Shown here piece after piece: positions 12,766 through 26,877 of a stretch of DNA of 64,000 bases. Positions within the stretch are counted from its first letter, which is position 1; every line of letters begins with the position of its first letter. The notes under the pieces were generated by a model. It saw only the letters and a program-made list of their open reading frames with translations, made no database searches and was not told the DNA's origin. Both the position numbers and the translations under genes were made by a program. The stretch comes from Octopus bimaculoides (taxonomy: Eukaryota): assembly GCF_001194135.2 (NCBI RefSeq), contig NC_068981.1:128695573-128759572 (forward strand), in the 5' to 3' direction.

Positions 12766-14330
12766 TACAAGTCAGCTGAAAGTTCATGGGTTGACTAAGA
12801 TACTTTCATGGAGTGCGCAGGAGTGGCTGTGTGCTAAGAAGCTTGCTTCCCAACCACATAGTTCTGGGTTCAGTCCCACTATGTGGCATCTTGGGCAAGT
12901 GTCTTCTACTATAGCCTTGGGCCAACCAAAGCCTTATGAGTGGATTTGGTAGATGGAAACTGAAAGAAGCCCGTCGCAGATATGTATATATATATATATG
13001 TGTATATATTTGTGTGTGTGTCTGTGTTTGTCCCCCCACCATCGCTTAACAACCGATGTTGGTGTGTTTATGTCCCCGTAACTTAGCAGTTTGGCAAAAG
13101 AGACCAATAGAATCAGTACAAAGAATAAGTCTTGGGGTCAATTTGTACAACTAAAGGCAGTGCTCCAGCATGGCCACAGTCAAGTAAAAGAACAAAAGAA
13201 TAAATGAGATTTGTTTTTCAGTTTAGTCCCCCTTGCATTCCACACACTTCTTCCATCAGTGTTTTAGTGCTTGGATCCCATTGGTGAAGAAGTTTTCGTC
13301 CTGTTGGTCATAGAAGTCATCATCAACAGTCAATATGATGTCACCATCACTGTGATACTAGTTCCCAGTCAAGTGTTTTCATGTTGGTCAGATGGGGCCA
13401 AATCAGGAGGATAGGAAGAGCAATCAACCAGTTCAATGTCGGTCATGCACTGCAGCCTTTGAAACCAAGGACGATTTTCATCAATTTTCCTGGGAATCTG
13501 GTTTTGATAACCTTTCATATCTGCCTCAGCAAGTTGGTATAGTACTCTCCATTGATAGCGTGACTCTTTTGAAGATAGTCAATGTTTTTTGCATCCCAAA
13601 ACACTAAAGCCATCAGCTTCCGTGCAGATGAAACAACCTTGGCCTTCTTTGGAGCAGGTGAGAATGGGTGTTTCCACTGCATGGATTGTCTCTTTGTCCC
13701 TGACTCAAAGTGATGAACCCAACACTCATCCTGGGTTAGGAAACATTGAAGGAAGCCAGCTGGATCTGTTTCAAACAATGTCAGATTTTCCCATGATGTG
13801 ATCAGCCTGATGCAGTTTAGATCAGGTGTCAAATGTTATGGCATCTAACGAGCAGAAACCTTTGTCTTGCCAAGTTCATCATGCAAAATATTCTCAACTC
13901 TCTCACAGACTTGTAATTGCCTGCCATCCATCACCATGTGATGAACGCGATCAATATTTTCTTCGGTGGTGGCAGTTGCAGGATGTCCAGACTTTGGGTC
14001 ATCTTCAAGCCTCTCCTTTCCCATCCTAAATTCAGCTGCCCACTTTTGCACAGTTGACAAAGCAACCATACCAGCATGAATATCTTTGGAGGTCTAAACT
14101 CTTTTTCTGCAAATACTTGATAATATTATGATGCCAAATTTTGTCCATTTTCAAGAGAAGTTACTACTAGTTACTTTTGAAGTGCTCTTTGAACAATCAG
14201 ATGGCATTCTAACTGGAATGCAGGTATAAATAGGAAGTGTTGAAATTAATGCATGCAAGATTTCACAGCTCCAGCATCAATCTTACATAGTCAGACTATG
14301 AACTTTTCAGCCCACTTGCCCACTCTCGTA
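12766..14330 (-). mobile_element. Decayed mariner (Tc1/mariner) transposon interrupted by a SINE
   Basis: Imperfect TIRs (TACAAGTCAGCTGAAAGTTCAT... / ...ATGAACTTTTCAGCCCAC...CTCGTA) with TA ends; ORF fragments LEDDPKSGHP, DECWVHHFESGTKRQSMQW and YPPDLAP (about 13390-13410). Confidence 0.9.
12812..13195 (+). mobile_element. SINE family B inserted in the mariner
   Basis: Colinear with 11195-11598. Confidence 0.85.
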
Positions 14331-15120
14331 AATTAATTAAAAAAATTCTTGCTACTCTATTGTATGTTATCTAAAACTTTCAGTCAATTGATCTTTTTGG
14401 AATTACTTCACTTTTTTATTGTTTTTCGGTTTTTAATACACTTAGCGAAAGGCTTTAACTACAAATTGCTTCGATAAGTTCAGATGTATGAAGTCTTTCA
14501 ATTCACAATATTATATATGATATTCTAGAGTATTTGTATTTAGAATGCAGAACATTCCCTTACAGGTTTTTCCCCACTTAGCCATATAGCTGGAATTTTT
14601 AATCGGTAGCAGAATATTTCCCTTATTTCTACTAATCGATATATTGATCACTTTTAGTTTTACCAAGTAAAAAGAAAATGCTTCACTGAGAAGATTTAAT
14701 AAGACCGAAACACGCCGTTTCTTTCTTCAGTTGACTTCACACACCAGATCCACTCCAATATGCATTTGGGTTTATTGGAGTTACCTCCCTTGCTTTTATT
14801 TTAGATTTTAGGGAGGTTTCCTCTAGCGATGGTTAAGATAATCGCAGCTGACTGAAGTTTATCATCTCACTACATCACATGTGAGACCTAACCATGTGCA
14901 TATTTAGTATGTAAAACACCCCCACAGCCGCCCATCTGAAGTATTTTCCTTCAGCCATATTTTTATACTCCTTTTTTTTTTAAATATGTGATAAGTTTAC
15001 AGCGTTAAAAACTAAATTTTCATAAAAATACATTTTCACTTGAAAGAAATGCAATTTAGATAAAATAAAAAACCAGGAAACAAAACGTGGTTTACGTAAC
15101 TATGTGCATGTAAAGAGTTA

Positions 15121-15218
15121 AGATATAGTAGTGAGGTTTAGGCTTTGGCAGCCGTAACTAACCGATAACAAGCGTTGCTCCGCACAGGCGGCTGTCGTAA
15201 GAACTTGACCTTCATACA
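15121..15218 (+). promoter_or_regulatory. DLD promoter / 5' UTR region
   Basis: Locally CpG-enriched segment immediately upstream of the exon 1 ATG; TSS not determinable from sequence. Confidence 0.5.
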
Positions 15219-15254
15219 ATGATTTCTGTACGCAGTCTTTCCCGAAGTATTCAG
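15219..15254 (+). CDS. DLD: DLD exon 1 (mitochondrial presequence start, MISVRSLSRSIQ)
   Basis: ATG at 15219 in a CpG-containing promoter-like stretch; 36 nt ending CAG|gtaaaa (phase 0). Arg/Ser-rich with no acidic residues; similar in size to human DLD exon 1 (39 nt). Confidence 0.8.
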
Positions 15255-15711
15255 GTAAAATGTGATTTTTTTTTACTATAAAGATTTATTGTATGCATTT
15301 TAAATTATTCTTTATGTTATTTTTTACCCTCTCACCATCCATAGATATTTATATTATTTGAGAGAAACTTCAAACAAATATCTGGTTCACTCGAATTTCT
15401 CGCACCTTGTTGACTGTTCATTTACTTTGAAGTCATCTAACGCGTCTTGTAATAATTTCGTAGATTCGCTACGCTATTAAATAATTACATAATCTATGTG
15501 TATTCAAGCCGAGACAAACCATTGTCATTTTCTGTGGTCTTTTCTGTTACTTTCTTTTTAATAATATTCAAACTAGTTCTGATCGATCAGGTCTGACTAG
15601 GGACCAAATAATAACATCGTAACACATGAAAAACCGAGCCATTCTGCTACCAATTTATCTGTCATATATATATATATATATATGCATTCTTTCGGTAAAA
15701 TCGCTTATATA

Positions 15712-15742
<31 letters not shown>

Positions 15743-18295
15743 GTAGTGTATATGTGTGCGTCTGCACAAATTCACTAAAGACTCGGCAAAATTGTGATAA
15801 CACATACCCTACCGATCTACATATCCTGCTCTATATAAATAAATCTGAATGAAATCGTCGCGACTTTATTCTTTTATAATTTAAGTTGACATTAAACCTT
15901 ATTTTAAAATTCTGTATTTATGACAAGAGAACAAATGCTGTCACTGTTATAAGCTACCATTCTAGTTTTTACTTATGAATGACCTTGTGTGCTGCCCTTT
16001 AATTTCTAATAGTCATTTAATGTCTCTTATGTTTTGTTTTGTGTGAGTGTATATACTTACTGTTTCTAGCTATTTTCTGGTCCATGTTTCTTTTTTAAAT
16101 TTTTTATCTAGCATGTATCTCTGCAATGCCTTTCTATCTTTCCTATGCTTTTCTCACGCCTGTCTCTTTCTCTTGGATTTTGTCCCTCTCCCCCTTCTCT
16201 TTCAAATACTTGTCATTGAAGACATTTGTTAGATTTTCCATCTCAATACTTCTTTATTACTCATGATACTTCCATAATTGAGAGGAGGATTTCTTGCTCT
16301 ATCTAAGCTGGTGTTTCAGATTTTAGAAGGGGAAAAATGTGAAAGTCTAACACATGTTTTTCCTGATGTTGCTAGTTATGCAACTACATTAACGTGTTTT
16401 AAAACAACTGTTTGATTTTGGGGGGGTTGTCCCCTAACATTTTTGTATTGTCATAGTTATCATCAAAACATGTTAGTATTTATGTCATACAAACAAAATT
16501 CTACTGATTCCATATGAGATTAAATTTCTAACGTAGTCACAATGTCATATGTTGATATGAGGAGCAATTCCACGCAGTAAAAATTTTAGACGTGAATTTT
16601 TGTTTTTCAGCTGCGTTTGCAGAACGCAATTACTAATCAGAACGGCTAATGTACTTCAAATAAGCAAACGAAAATCAGTCTCACTGACAAAAAAGGAAAA
16701 AAAAAAAATTTAAGGTTTATATTTATACGACATCGAAAGCCTACTTATCCTCATTTTTCTATGACGATTGTATTCATGTATGCTTTTTTTTATCTTAAAA
16801 GAAATAACCGGCTGCTAAAAATACACAGAAATCTCTATTTATTATCTTTTTTTTTTTTTTTTTTACTAAAATGTATACACTTGCTGACGAAATCACATTA
16901 CGTTGTGTAAATTTTAGCTTCTACTAGCATTTGCCTTTTTACTCTTTTTCTAATACATGTGTTGCAATTCTTAGATTTAATTGGAACCGTAATGTTTTGT
17001 TGCTCTCTGTCCCTACTGTCAATAACTTCGTTGCCGTGGAAAAACATGATTTGTTGATTAAGTTTGTTTCTGGACCCATTACAAGTCTGATACCCATTCA
17101 TTCGAAGTCTCCTTAAAAGAATCAGGGGGAGGTAATTGAGGTTTTTTTGTCTCTCAAAACTACTAGAAAATTTAAGTTTGTCTTCAGTTAGACTTTATGT
17201 AAATGAAATATTCTTATTATCTTGGAAAGAATAGAAGAAAAAGTCTTTATAAACACAATTTATGGATTAATAAATGTTCAATTAAAAGGATATCAATTCG
17301 AAATATGCTTGCATGAATTGATCAAAAGCATATTTTTGTGTAAATCATGTCACAGATATTCATCAATGTAACTTGGTAAAATGGTTGTTTACATGCTATA
17401 TATTCTTGCCTAGCTAGTAAGTAAGCTTTTTTTTTTAATTTTTACATAAAGCTCAAATAGAAAATATTACTAAACTATTTTGTCCAATTTCTAAAATTGT
17501 TTAAACCGCGATTAAGTCCCCTTGATTCTCTTAGGACCGCTAAGTATGATTGAGTATGTAACTCTTGCATCTAACAGTTCTAATACTAATTAGGGAACCA
17601 CTAATTCTCTGCATTGAACCCTCAGAGTACTGTGTTTTTGCTTAAAGTATGCATTGAAAGAGTCCATTTACATACTGCCTCATTTTTATCGTATTAGATC
17701 CCTCTTCGCTGTTTTCTTGAAGGTTAGCTTGTTTTTTTAATTAATGGCTCTACAGTAGTGCCACATAATTACTGATGCTCGTTCTTTTATTCTCGTTATT
17801 ATATTACATCTTATGATGGTGGATTGGCAGAATCCTTAAGAGCATCGGATAAAAAATGTCTTGTGGGTCCAACACTACAAACTGACTTTAAATCCCATTG
17901 AGGTCAACTTTACCTTTCCCCCCTTCCAAGATCATCATCATCATTATTTAACGTCCGCCTTCCATGCTAGCATGGGTCGATAAAATAAAGTGCCACTTAA
18001 GATTTATTTTGATCAACTGATCCCCATCCTTCGAATTTCTGGCCTTTTGACTATTTCAGAAACAATTATCACATTTCATGTTCCTGACAGTCATTGCAGA
18101 ACTGACATTAGAGTGTAACGACCGTGACGAAGGAATGGCTCCTTTAGCGCATCGCACGGTCGGCACAAATATAAAAACAAAAAATGAAATGAGGTTAAAA
18201 TGAGTTAAGCGCCAACAAGAAAAAGAGAGAGACTCAACCGGTAAAAATGTATAAAAGTAAGGTTCTATTGGTTGTCAACTAGAATGTCTGTGTGT

Positions 18296-18528
18296 ATTAT
18301 TTCTTTACTACCCACAAGGGGCCACACACAGAGGGGACAAACAAGGACAGACAAACGGATTAAATCGATTATATCGACCCCAGTGCGTAACTGGTACTTA
18401 TTTAATCGACCGCGAAAGGATGAAAGGCAAAGTCGACCTCGGCGGAATTTGAACTCAGAACGTAGTGGGCAGACGAAATACCGCTAAGCATTTCGCCCGG
18501 TGTGCTAACGGTTCTGCCAGCTCGCCGC
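18296..18528 (-). mobile_element. SINE family A with 20-bp target-site duplication
   Basis: TSD CAACTAGAATGTCTGTGTGT at 18276-18295 and 18529-18548; CpG-rich, so probably young. Confidence 0.92.
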
Positions 18529-19399
18529 CAACTAGAATGTCTGTGTGTGTGTGTGTGTGTATGTATACAAATGTGTATGTGAATGCAAGAGATACAGAGC
18601 ATAGAAAACAGTCTATATAAGGACGTTAGAAGGAAGTCCAGACACAAGGATGAGAAATACCAGTTCGTATCTAATGGTTGAAGTGCTGTATCAAGAGGTT
18701 GTGGCGTGAAGGCAGAGTCGAAGTAAGACATGTCGTATAAGAAGTTGAGGTTTCGATGCTGTGGCCGGTTACTTGGTACAGAAGTTCTCACAGGTTGAAT
18801 TCTGGCTGTTAACCTTGGTGAAGATATTTCACAAACAGTATTGAGTGAACCTGTGTGGGCGCTGTTGGTGGTGTGTCGTAGAGACATCGGTGTAGATGCT
18901 AAGAAGCTGGAAGTGGCGATGAAGATGGAGTTTGCAGTAAGGTGTTGTACAAAGTGTTGGATCTCCAGTGGAGCCATGTTGTCGCTGGAACTGGCTAGTG
19001 CTCTGTGGTTAGCGGCTAGACCTCAGAAGGTCTAAAGCTGAGACCTACTTTCGCACAGACAAGCTAGCTATTTATGAGAAATAATCGGCTCAAACAGGGG
19101 TTCAGAAAACTGTCGAACTCGACCTTATTTGAAGGCGGCGATTGGTTGGGTTGCACCCTGGCGCGAGACAGAACAAGAGAGAAAAATACGTCAATACCAA
19201 CCAATCAGAGTGGTGGACATAAGGCCCAATTTTTGACTGTGTAAAGTTTTTATTTGTTTTTTTTTTTTTTTAACCATTTGGAAATCAGAATATTACAATT
19301 ATAGAGGAAACATCTGAACAAATAGATTCTGTATGTCTTACTAAGAAAGGCAACTTTCTAGCATTTTGCCACAGATAGGATTATAGGAAAGATTTTGTG

Positions 19400-22200
19400 A
19401 TTAGGATGGAAATTTGCTTTGATCTAAATAAAATTACCATTATAGAATAAGTCTGAAATATTTTATCAATAGAACTCATAAAAGGTTTACCAATGTTTTA
19501 ATAATACCAAAATATTACTCAAAATGTAAATTTTTTGAAGTAATGGAAAAGCTAATTACACATTTTGAAGAGAGTCCTGTGATGTTGGAATACGATTTTT
19601 AAAGTTACTTATTGCTGATACTGTGGCAGAGTTGTGACAGAAATTGGTTGGCTCTAGCTTCAGAATATTGATTATATGATCAGAGACAGATTGATTATTG
19701 CTACTTGTATGAAAATTGTGCTATAAACAATTTTGAAGAAAACAGAAACTAGAAAAAGGTGATATGCAGTGGGACTAGACCTAGAATATATGATTGGGAA
19801 TCAAACTTTTCCACTGCACAGCCACACCTATTGAAATGTGTTTGTGAAATCCCAGTTACATATGAAGAAGAAAACACAAATTTAAATTGATTACCATAAA
19901 AGGAGGTACTTCATTGATGGGAAAAGAGTGGATCAGAAGTTTTGAAATGGACATAACTCCATTAGTGTTAAAGCAAAAGAGTACAATTAAATATGAATAC
20001 AAAAATGAAATATTAGATGAAATTGATAGTCAATTTAGACAAATGCTCTTCAGTATTTTGTATAAAGGCCTAAACTTGGTTTAGGCCTTTATACAAAATT
20101 GAAGATTCATTTACACCTGAAAGAAGCATCCAAACAGAAATTCTACACTTTGCATTAAGAATCTTACAGTAGGTTTGAAACTACAAATTCTGAACTGGAC
20201 TGAGGACATTTTAGATAAAGTTGCTTATTCATTAAGGGCAACATCCATTGTAGTAGTCCTCCCTCCAAAAAATGGTGAAATAAGAATTTGTAATGACTAC
20301 AAGATTATTGCAAATCCACATTTAGTTATACAACATTTCTGATGAAGAACTGTCCAAAAAGTTGATTGGTTGTAAATATTTACATTTGGAATTGGATTAA
20401 AAACAATTTTCAGTTATTGTTAGTTGACACTCCAAAAGTTATTCCAATATGAAAGATTATCATTTGGTCTGTCATCATCCCCAACCATATTTCAGATAAC
20501 CAGTAATATGTTAACAAGTGGTTTGAATAAGACTGTAGCTTATTTATATTAGTCTGCAATTTTATTGAAATTAAGGACTATATTTGGGAAAATGCCAATT
20601 TTCACAAATTGGAATTATTTTGGCCACAGAATAACTAGCGCTGGAATTCAAGCTAACAAAGAAAGAATCCTGATAAAATTTCCCAAATTTAAAAACTCAA
20701 AGAATTAGAAATATTTCAGGGACAGGGGGTTATGGGAAAAATTTGGAAAACTTTTCATTGATTTTTCAGTTCATTAAATGAATTGAGAAGTTGAATTTGC
20801 TGAAGTAACAAATTTCATAAATAAACAAGGAAGCTTTAGGTATTTGCTGCTAAAAAAATTTTATCAGTATTTATTTTGAAAGAAATTTACACTATACATT
20901 GATTGTGGACAATTACAAAACATATTCAGTCTGGAAAAAGGCTGTCTGAAATGACAATGCTATGACTACAATGATGGGCATTGATTTTAATGGATAACAA
21001 TTTTGAGATTAATAAAATTTGACAAAACAAAGTTCACATGCCAGTGCTTTGAAAAGAACAATTTTGAACAAGCAATGAAAAAGAAAAGTTGTTGTTTCAA
21101 CAAGCAACCAAAAGAAAATTGGAGGAATTTCTTGTGTCAAAAGAGACAGATTGTCAATATGTAAAAAAAATTGTTGACTTGACAGGTTCAAGCTCAAGAA
21201 TATTTGAAACCTTCCCACAATATCAAAACTCTGCTGGGTGTTTTTCTCTGGGATATTATGCTACCAACCAAAATTGAAAATAAAATATTACAGTTTTTGT
21301 ATGAAGCTTTTAAATATTGAGAATGAAAACTAACTAGAATGTATACGTTGTGACCTAAAAGCAATAAAGACATTGAAAGAAAATACTAAAGCTGGTTGGT
21401 GATGGTTATACAAGAGCAAGACCAAACCTGCTAACCAGATTATAAAACTGGCCTACACCTACTGAAAATTAGGAACAAATCTATTTAAATTTGGCAAAGT
21501 ACAGTAAATGCAATTTCTAGTGGTAGTTGATAGGTATAGGAAAAGGCCTACAGTTATGTAAATGGACAGAACTTACTTATGAAATTATGTCAAGAAATTG
21601 CACGACTTGGAAGCTTGTCAAGTGATAACTTAGCCCAATTCAAATCTAGCGTATTTGAAAACTGGTACAAATTTAGAAGCATTGGTTATTTTACAAATGC
21701 TCCCTTTCACCCTCCATCTTATGATGCTGCTGTAAGATTGATCAGAACTTTCAAAGAAATTATGAAAAAGTGTAAAGCTGTGAGAAAGGTAATGCCTGGT
21801 GGTGTGACCAAATTTCTACAGTACTCTGTCAACTCCACACTCAATAACTGGAAAAACACCAGCTTTATTGGTGCTGAGCTGGGAACTGAGAGATCATCTG
21901 TCACTGATCAATCCCAAAAATATGCCTGAGATAAGAACACGAAAAAATGACTATTTAAATATCAGCTCCTGAGTTTTCTCTCAGAATATTGCTGTGGGAC
22001 CATGCTGTTTACCAGGAACTGCGGTCATGAATTTCAGGGCTTGAATCTTAAAAACCAATTTTCAGATCTGACTGTGACAACCAGGACTCAAACAACAGCA
22101 AACAAATATCTGGTCAGCTTACTCTAAAATGATCAAGAACTACTCCTAACAGCTATCTTTAGATCGTTGGTTATTCAAATCTGAATAAAAATGGTGTATT
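19400..22200 (+). mobile_element. Heavily decayed Ty3/Gypsy pol remnant in DLD intron 1
   Basis: Protease-like LMGKEWI (about 19910-19930), RT PPKNGEIRICNDYK (20262-20303), LSFGLSSSPTIFQ (about 20457-20496), integrase SDNLAQFKS...APFHPPSYDAAVRLIRTFK (21579-21929); many stops and frameshifts. Confidence 0.85.
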
Positions 22201-22799
22201 GGGAGAATTCATTTCACTATGTCTTAATTTTTATTGTATGAAACTACTGTAGATTCTTCTTATCTTTTGTAATGTTTCTTCTGCACATAATATCATCCAG
22301 ATAGCAATAGATGCCACTTAGTTTATCATTGGTTATAAAATCCATCACTACATTAGAAAACAGCAACATAATCATTATTACTGTTGCCACCATTTTCTCT
22401 TCTACCTCCAGAACTATTGTACTTGCCCTTCTGTTTCTTACTACCTATCTATTTCTCTTTCTAAACACTGAACTTGGCATTATATACAGACTTTCATTCT
22501 GAGGGCCTCCATTGTGTGTGTGTGTGTGTGTGTGTGTGTCTCCTACATCTGGGAAGACTTCTAGGAGCTTTCTCTCTTCATCTAATTCTTTTCCTTGTTC
22601 ATTGACATATATAACTGTATCTAATCGATCATGTTTTATTAGAAGTAACATTTTTGTGGTTGAAAAATTGAGAAGTAACAAGATTCTCAAATTGTTAAGA
22701 TAAAGAAAATTATTGGAAAAGTAAATGAATAATGTGACCATTTTATAAGTGTTGTAATTTGAATGGCAAATATGATATTTAAAATTTCTGTCTTTACAG

Positions 22800-22878
22800 A
22801 ATGGAAGCCCTACTGTCCAGGTTGGAAAATACCAGGCACTTATTCAGCAAGTTATCTGCAGAAAATACTCTGCTGGAG
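22800..22878 (+). CDS. DLD: DLD exon 2 (NGSPTVQVGKYQALIQQVICRKYSAG)
   Basis: tctttacag| acceptor, G|gtttgt donor; 79 nt, phase 0 to 1, as in human exon 2. Contains an R-x-Y/S type presequence cleavage motif (RKY|SA). Confidence 0.85.
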
Positions 22879-25053
22879 GTTTGTATTTAACTTACAACGG
22901 TTACCGTTTGAAAGAAAAGGTGTGTGATACTTGACTTGTAGAGACCATCATTAAGTGTTGTATGTAGTTTCTCTTGGTAACATATTATATGAGGTAACTT
23001 AAATAATTACTCCTGTAAAAAGAATCAACATTTGTCTGATTCTTTGCTGTGTCAGTTTCATCAGCTTACAAATATTAATTCCTTTTAACACAGATCTCTT
23101 TTTATTGAGTGGAAAGGTCATGGTACATTTGGCTACCAATATATTATTAGTATATGTAGCTTCATTTATCACTGATTCATTCATCACTGACCTAGAATAA
23201 CACAATATGCTCAATTGTGAACCATGTTACACTTATCAAAGATTGATCTGTGATAATATGGATTGATGATCTGTCAAACATTCTACCTGTACTGCAGAAA
23301 TGCCCTTCAGCTACCACCCAAAATGCACTGACTATCACTTGTGATTACATAATTGTGCTGCAAGACTGTATTTTATGTACAGATTTACATACTAGTATGC
23401 CTCAATCAGTGAACAGAGAAAATACAAAAGCACCTAACTCTAACAGACAAAGCAAATGTGTGTATTTTCTACAAGAGAAAGTAGAGATGGTTAAGAAAGT
23501 GTGACAGTGGAAGCTTCACTGCTGTGGACCATGAGTTTGGTATCAGTGAACCAACTAGTTGTTCCATTTACAAAGTGCATGGAGATGATTCACTTATCAC
23601 TGTTTATTTTTTATTTTTATTTTTTAACCAAACCCCCATGATAAACAAGGTTAGCTGTACTAAATTTATCAACCCCACCATCAAAATAGTGACAGCTTTA
23701 TTGAAATTTGAAGCCATTACTGAGATCCAGTTCAAACACACACTACACTAAACCAACATATTTGCTACAGTTTCAGCAATGATAGCTAAATCCTTAGTTT
23801 ACTGGCCTAGCAACTGCAGGATTCATGGTTTGCAACTTACTACTCATTATGGGTCTTGTTTTTATATCACAACTGATAAGTATACCTAAATGTAAATAAT
23901 TACCTAAAGCAACATAGTTTACAATATTGAATTCAAAGGCTTTCATTCATGAAAATAACTTATGATATCCTGACATTGCCATCCTGAGAAGTTGTTATTT
24001 CTCACCTGCTTAATACTATGAAAGACCAGGTAAACTTCATCTTGCCAGGTAAACTTCATCTTACACACATAGATGTGTGTAAGATCTTGCTCAAATTAAG
24101 TTCCATTGTTAGTGCCCTCTCTGCAATACTCTAGATCCACCTCTACTCCACCAATAAGGCTGATATTCTCAATCCTGGATTTCCTTTTTATAAGTCTCAA
24201 GCCAATCAAGGCCTTGTGAGTGGATTTGGTAGACTTAAACTGAAAGAAGTTTGTCCTCTGTGTGTGTGCACTTGTCTTGACATTGTATGATGGTTATAAA
24301 TGAGTGTCACCATCACTCAAATGGTGTTCCTCATTTCCAGTCTTCTGTGAGAATGTCTGGCCATAGAGACATATTAACTTGCTTGGAAACAGGTGAGGTT
24401 TAGTTACTGTAAGGGCATCCAGCCATAGAAAAATCTGCCTTAGTAAATTCTGTCTGACCCATGCAAGTATGGAAAAATGAACATTAAAACAATAGTACTG
24501 GTGGTGAAGAAATCGTTTAATAGGAGGAGGTGTAGTTTCCATGGCTTCTTACAGACCTTCCAAAATTGGTAAAACTGATGCAGATGATACCCAACATGAA
24601 CCTTTATAGGTCAATGTCTGCAGGAAAGAGTGAATGGCAGTTCTGGCTTGAATGCTTGCAATGTAGAAAATTCTTCTAAAGTCGCTCAAGAACTAAGTTG
24701 TGGTGTTAAATTAGGTAGCATGTTAAATCTGTCTGGTGAACTAAAATGATAGAAAAGAATAGACTCTACCTTACTGCACCAGATATTAAGATTAGTTTGT
24801 GTCTGGATTTAAAATGCTCATAATTAGTATCAATTAGCTTTTCTCTTCAGTTTTTTATTTGAAAGATTAGTTTATTTTTGTGTTTTCCTTTGGTTTTATT
24901 TGCAGCTAAATAAGAAATTGAGAGGGGTTAGAATGTCATTTATACTATTTCTTGATTTTTGAGGGGAGTTAAAGCATCAGCTGGACACTTTGTGTGCTGG
25001 GGAAATATAAGTCTGGTTGGTTATTGGGCTGAACATTTTAATGAAGTACTTGA

Positions 25054-25209
<156 letters not shown>

Positions 25210-25305
25210 TAAACTTTCTGTAATCAGTTATTCATATAATTTCAGTGTGTGAATTGACAGATTTAATTTTTAGCTTTGATATTCATTAAAAAAAATTTTT
25301 ATTTG

Positions 25306-25342
<37 letters not shown>

Positions 25343-25346
<4 letters not shown>

Positions 25347-25524
25347 CACAGGTGTGGCTGTGTGGTAAGAAGCTAACTTCCCAACCACATGGTCTTGGGT
25401 TCAGTCCTACTGCATAGCACCATGGGCAAGTATCTTCTACTATAGCCCTATAGCCTCAAGCCAACCAAAGCCTTGTGAGTGCATTTGGTAGACAGAAACT
25501 GAAAGGAGCCTGTTGTATGTATGT

Positions 25525-25563
<39 letters not shown>

Positions 25564-25683
25564 CGTCATCATCATCATCATCATCGTTTAACGTCCGCTT
25601 TCCATGCTAGCATGGGTTGGACGATTTGACTGAGGACTGGTGCAACCGGATGGCTACACCAGGCTCCAAATATNNNNNNNNNN

Positions 25684-25723
<40 letters not shown>

Positions 25724-25880
25724 TGTATATATTTATGTATGTGTGTCTGTGTTTGTCCTCCCATCATCACTTGGCAACCGGTATTAGTGTGTTTATGTCC
25801 CTGTAACTTAGCAGTTTGGCAAAAGAGACTGAATGAATAAGTACTAGGCTTACAAAGAATAGGTCCTGGGGTCAGTATCT
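25343..25880 (+). mobile_element. SINE family B with a family C fragment nested at its microsatellite
   Basis: B head 25343-25520, C 5' part 25562-25672, 10-N gap, then B 3' half. Confidence 0.75.
25674..25683. other. Assembly gap at a (TA)n tract
   Basis: 10 Ns. Confidence 1.
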
Positions 25881-25989
25881 TCAACAAAAAGCAATGCAGT
25901 TAATCAAAGTATGCACCTAAATTACCAACACAATTTTGCTATTTTATCAGTAGCTTATTTATGCCAGCAGCAAAGAATTCTGGAGAGCA

Positions 25990-26290
25990 AGAGGTGATGA
26001 AATCATGAACGCTGTTTTTGCATCTTCTTCAGATTAAGATTTTCCATGCAAAATGTTGTCCAATGCCTGAAAAATGCGATAGTCAGTTGGTGCAAAATCT
26101 GGTGAATATGGTGGATGACAGTGTACTTCCAAGTTCAGTTCCTGTAACTTGAGTTCCGTTCTTTGTGCAATATGTGGTTGAGCATTGTCTTGCAAGAGAA
26201 TTGGCCTGTCTCTATTGACCAATCCCGGTTGTTTAAATGCAAGTTCACTCATCATTTCATCAAATTGGTTCATATATACATCCACTGTAA
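25990..26290 (-). mobile_element. Mariner transposase C-terminal fragment
   Basis: ORF 26034-26285: LLQDNAQPH...HPPYSPDFAPTDYRIF, the mariner catalytic region. Confidence 0.88.
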
Positions 26291-26664
26291 TTGACTTGCA
26301 ACTTTTTTTTGTAACTTAACTTTGTACACGTAACAAATCATTCTTAATTCTTTCCACTCCAGTTCTATATTGTCTATGCTTAGGTTTCTATTTATCTAAC
26401 TGATATACTACGAAATTAATTTTAAAGTGTTTAAATTTATTGAACTGAAAATGTTATACCTTATTTTGAAAATAATGACTGCATAAAAACAATAATGATA
26501 ATTGTGTTGTATTAATAAATTTTCAAGAAAATATATATTTATGTTTTCAAGAATGTGAAGTAGCTTTTTGATTTAAGCTGCTGGAAACACTCCTACAGAA
26601 GCATTCACATGTTTACATACCTCACTCTTGCACATCAAATCTCTGCATATGCACTACTCATTAA

Positions 26665-26877
<213 letters not shown>

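Noticed and set aside
16611-16649. Possible DLD exon 2 after tttttcag
   Set aside because: In-frame TAA after 12 codons; the 79-nt exon at 22800 fits phase and size.
18114-22200. One full-length Gypsy element using 18114 as its 5' LTR
   Set aside because: No matching 3' LTR, PBS or TSD was found, and the two parts differ strongly in CpG content and decay.
24026-24062. Tandem CCAGGTAAACTTCATCTT x2
   Set aside because: An ordinary short slippage duplication with no spacer structure; not CRISPR-like, and the sequence is eukaryotic.
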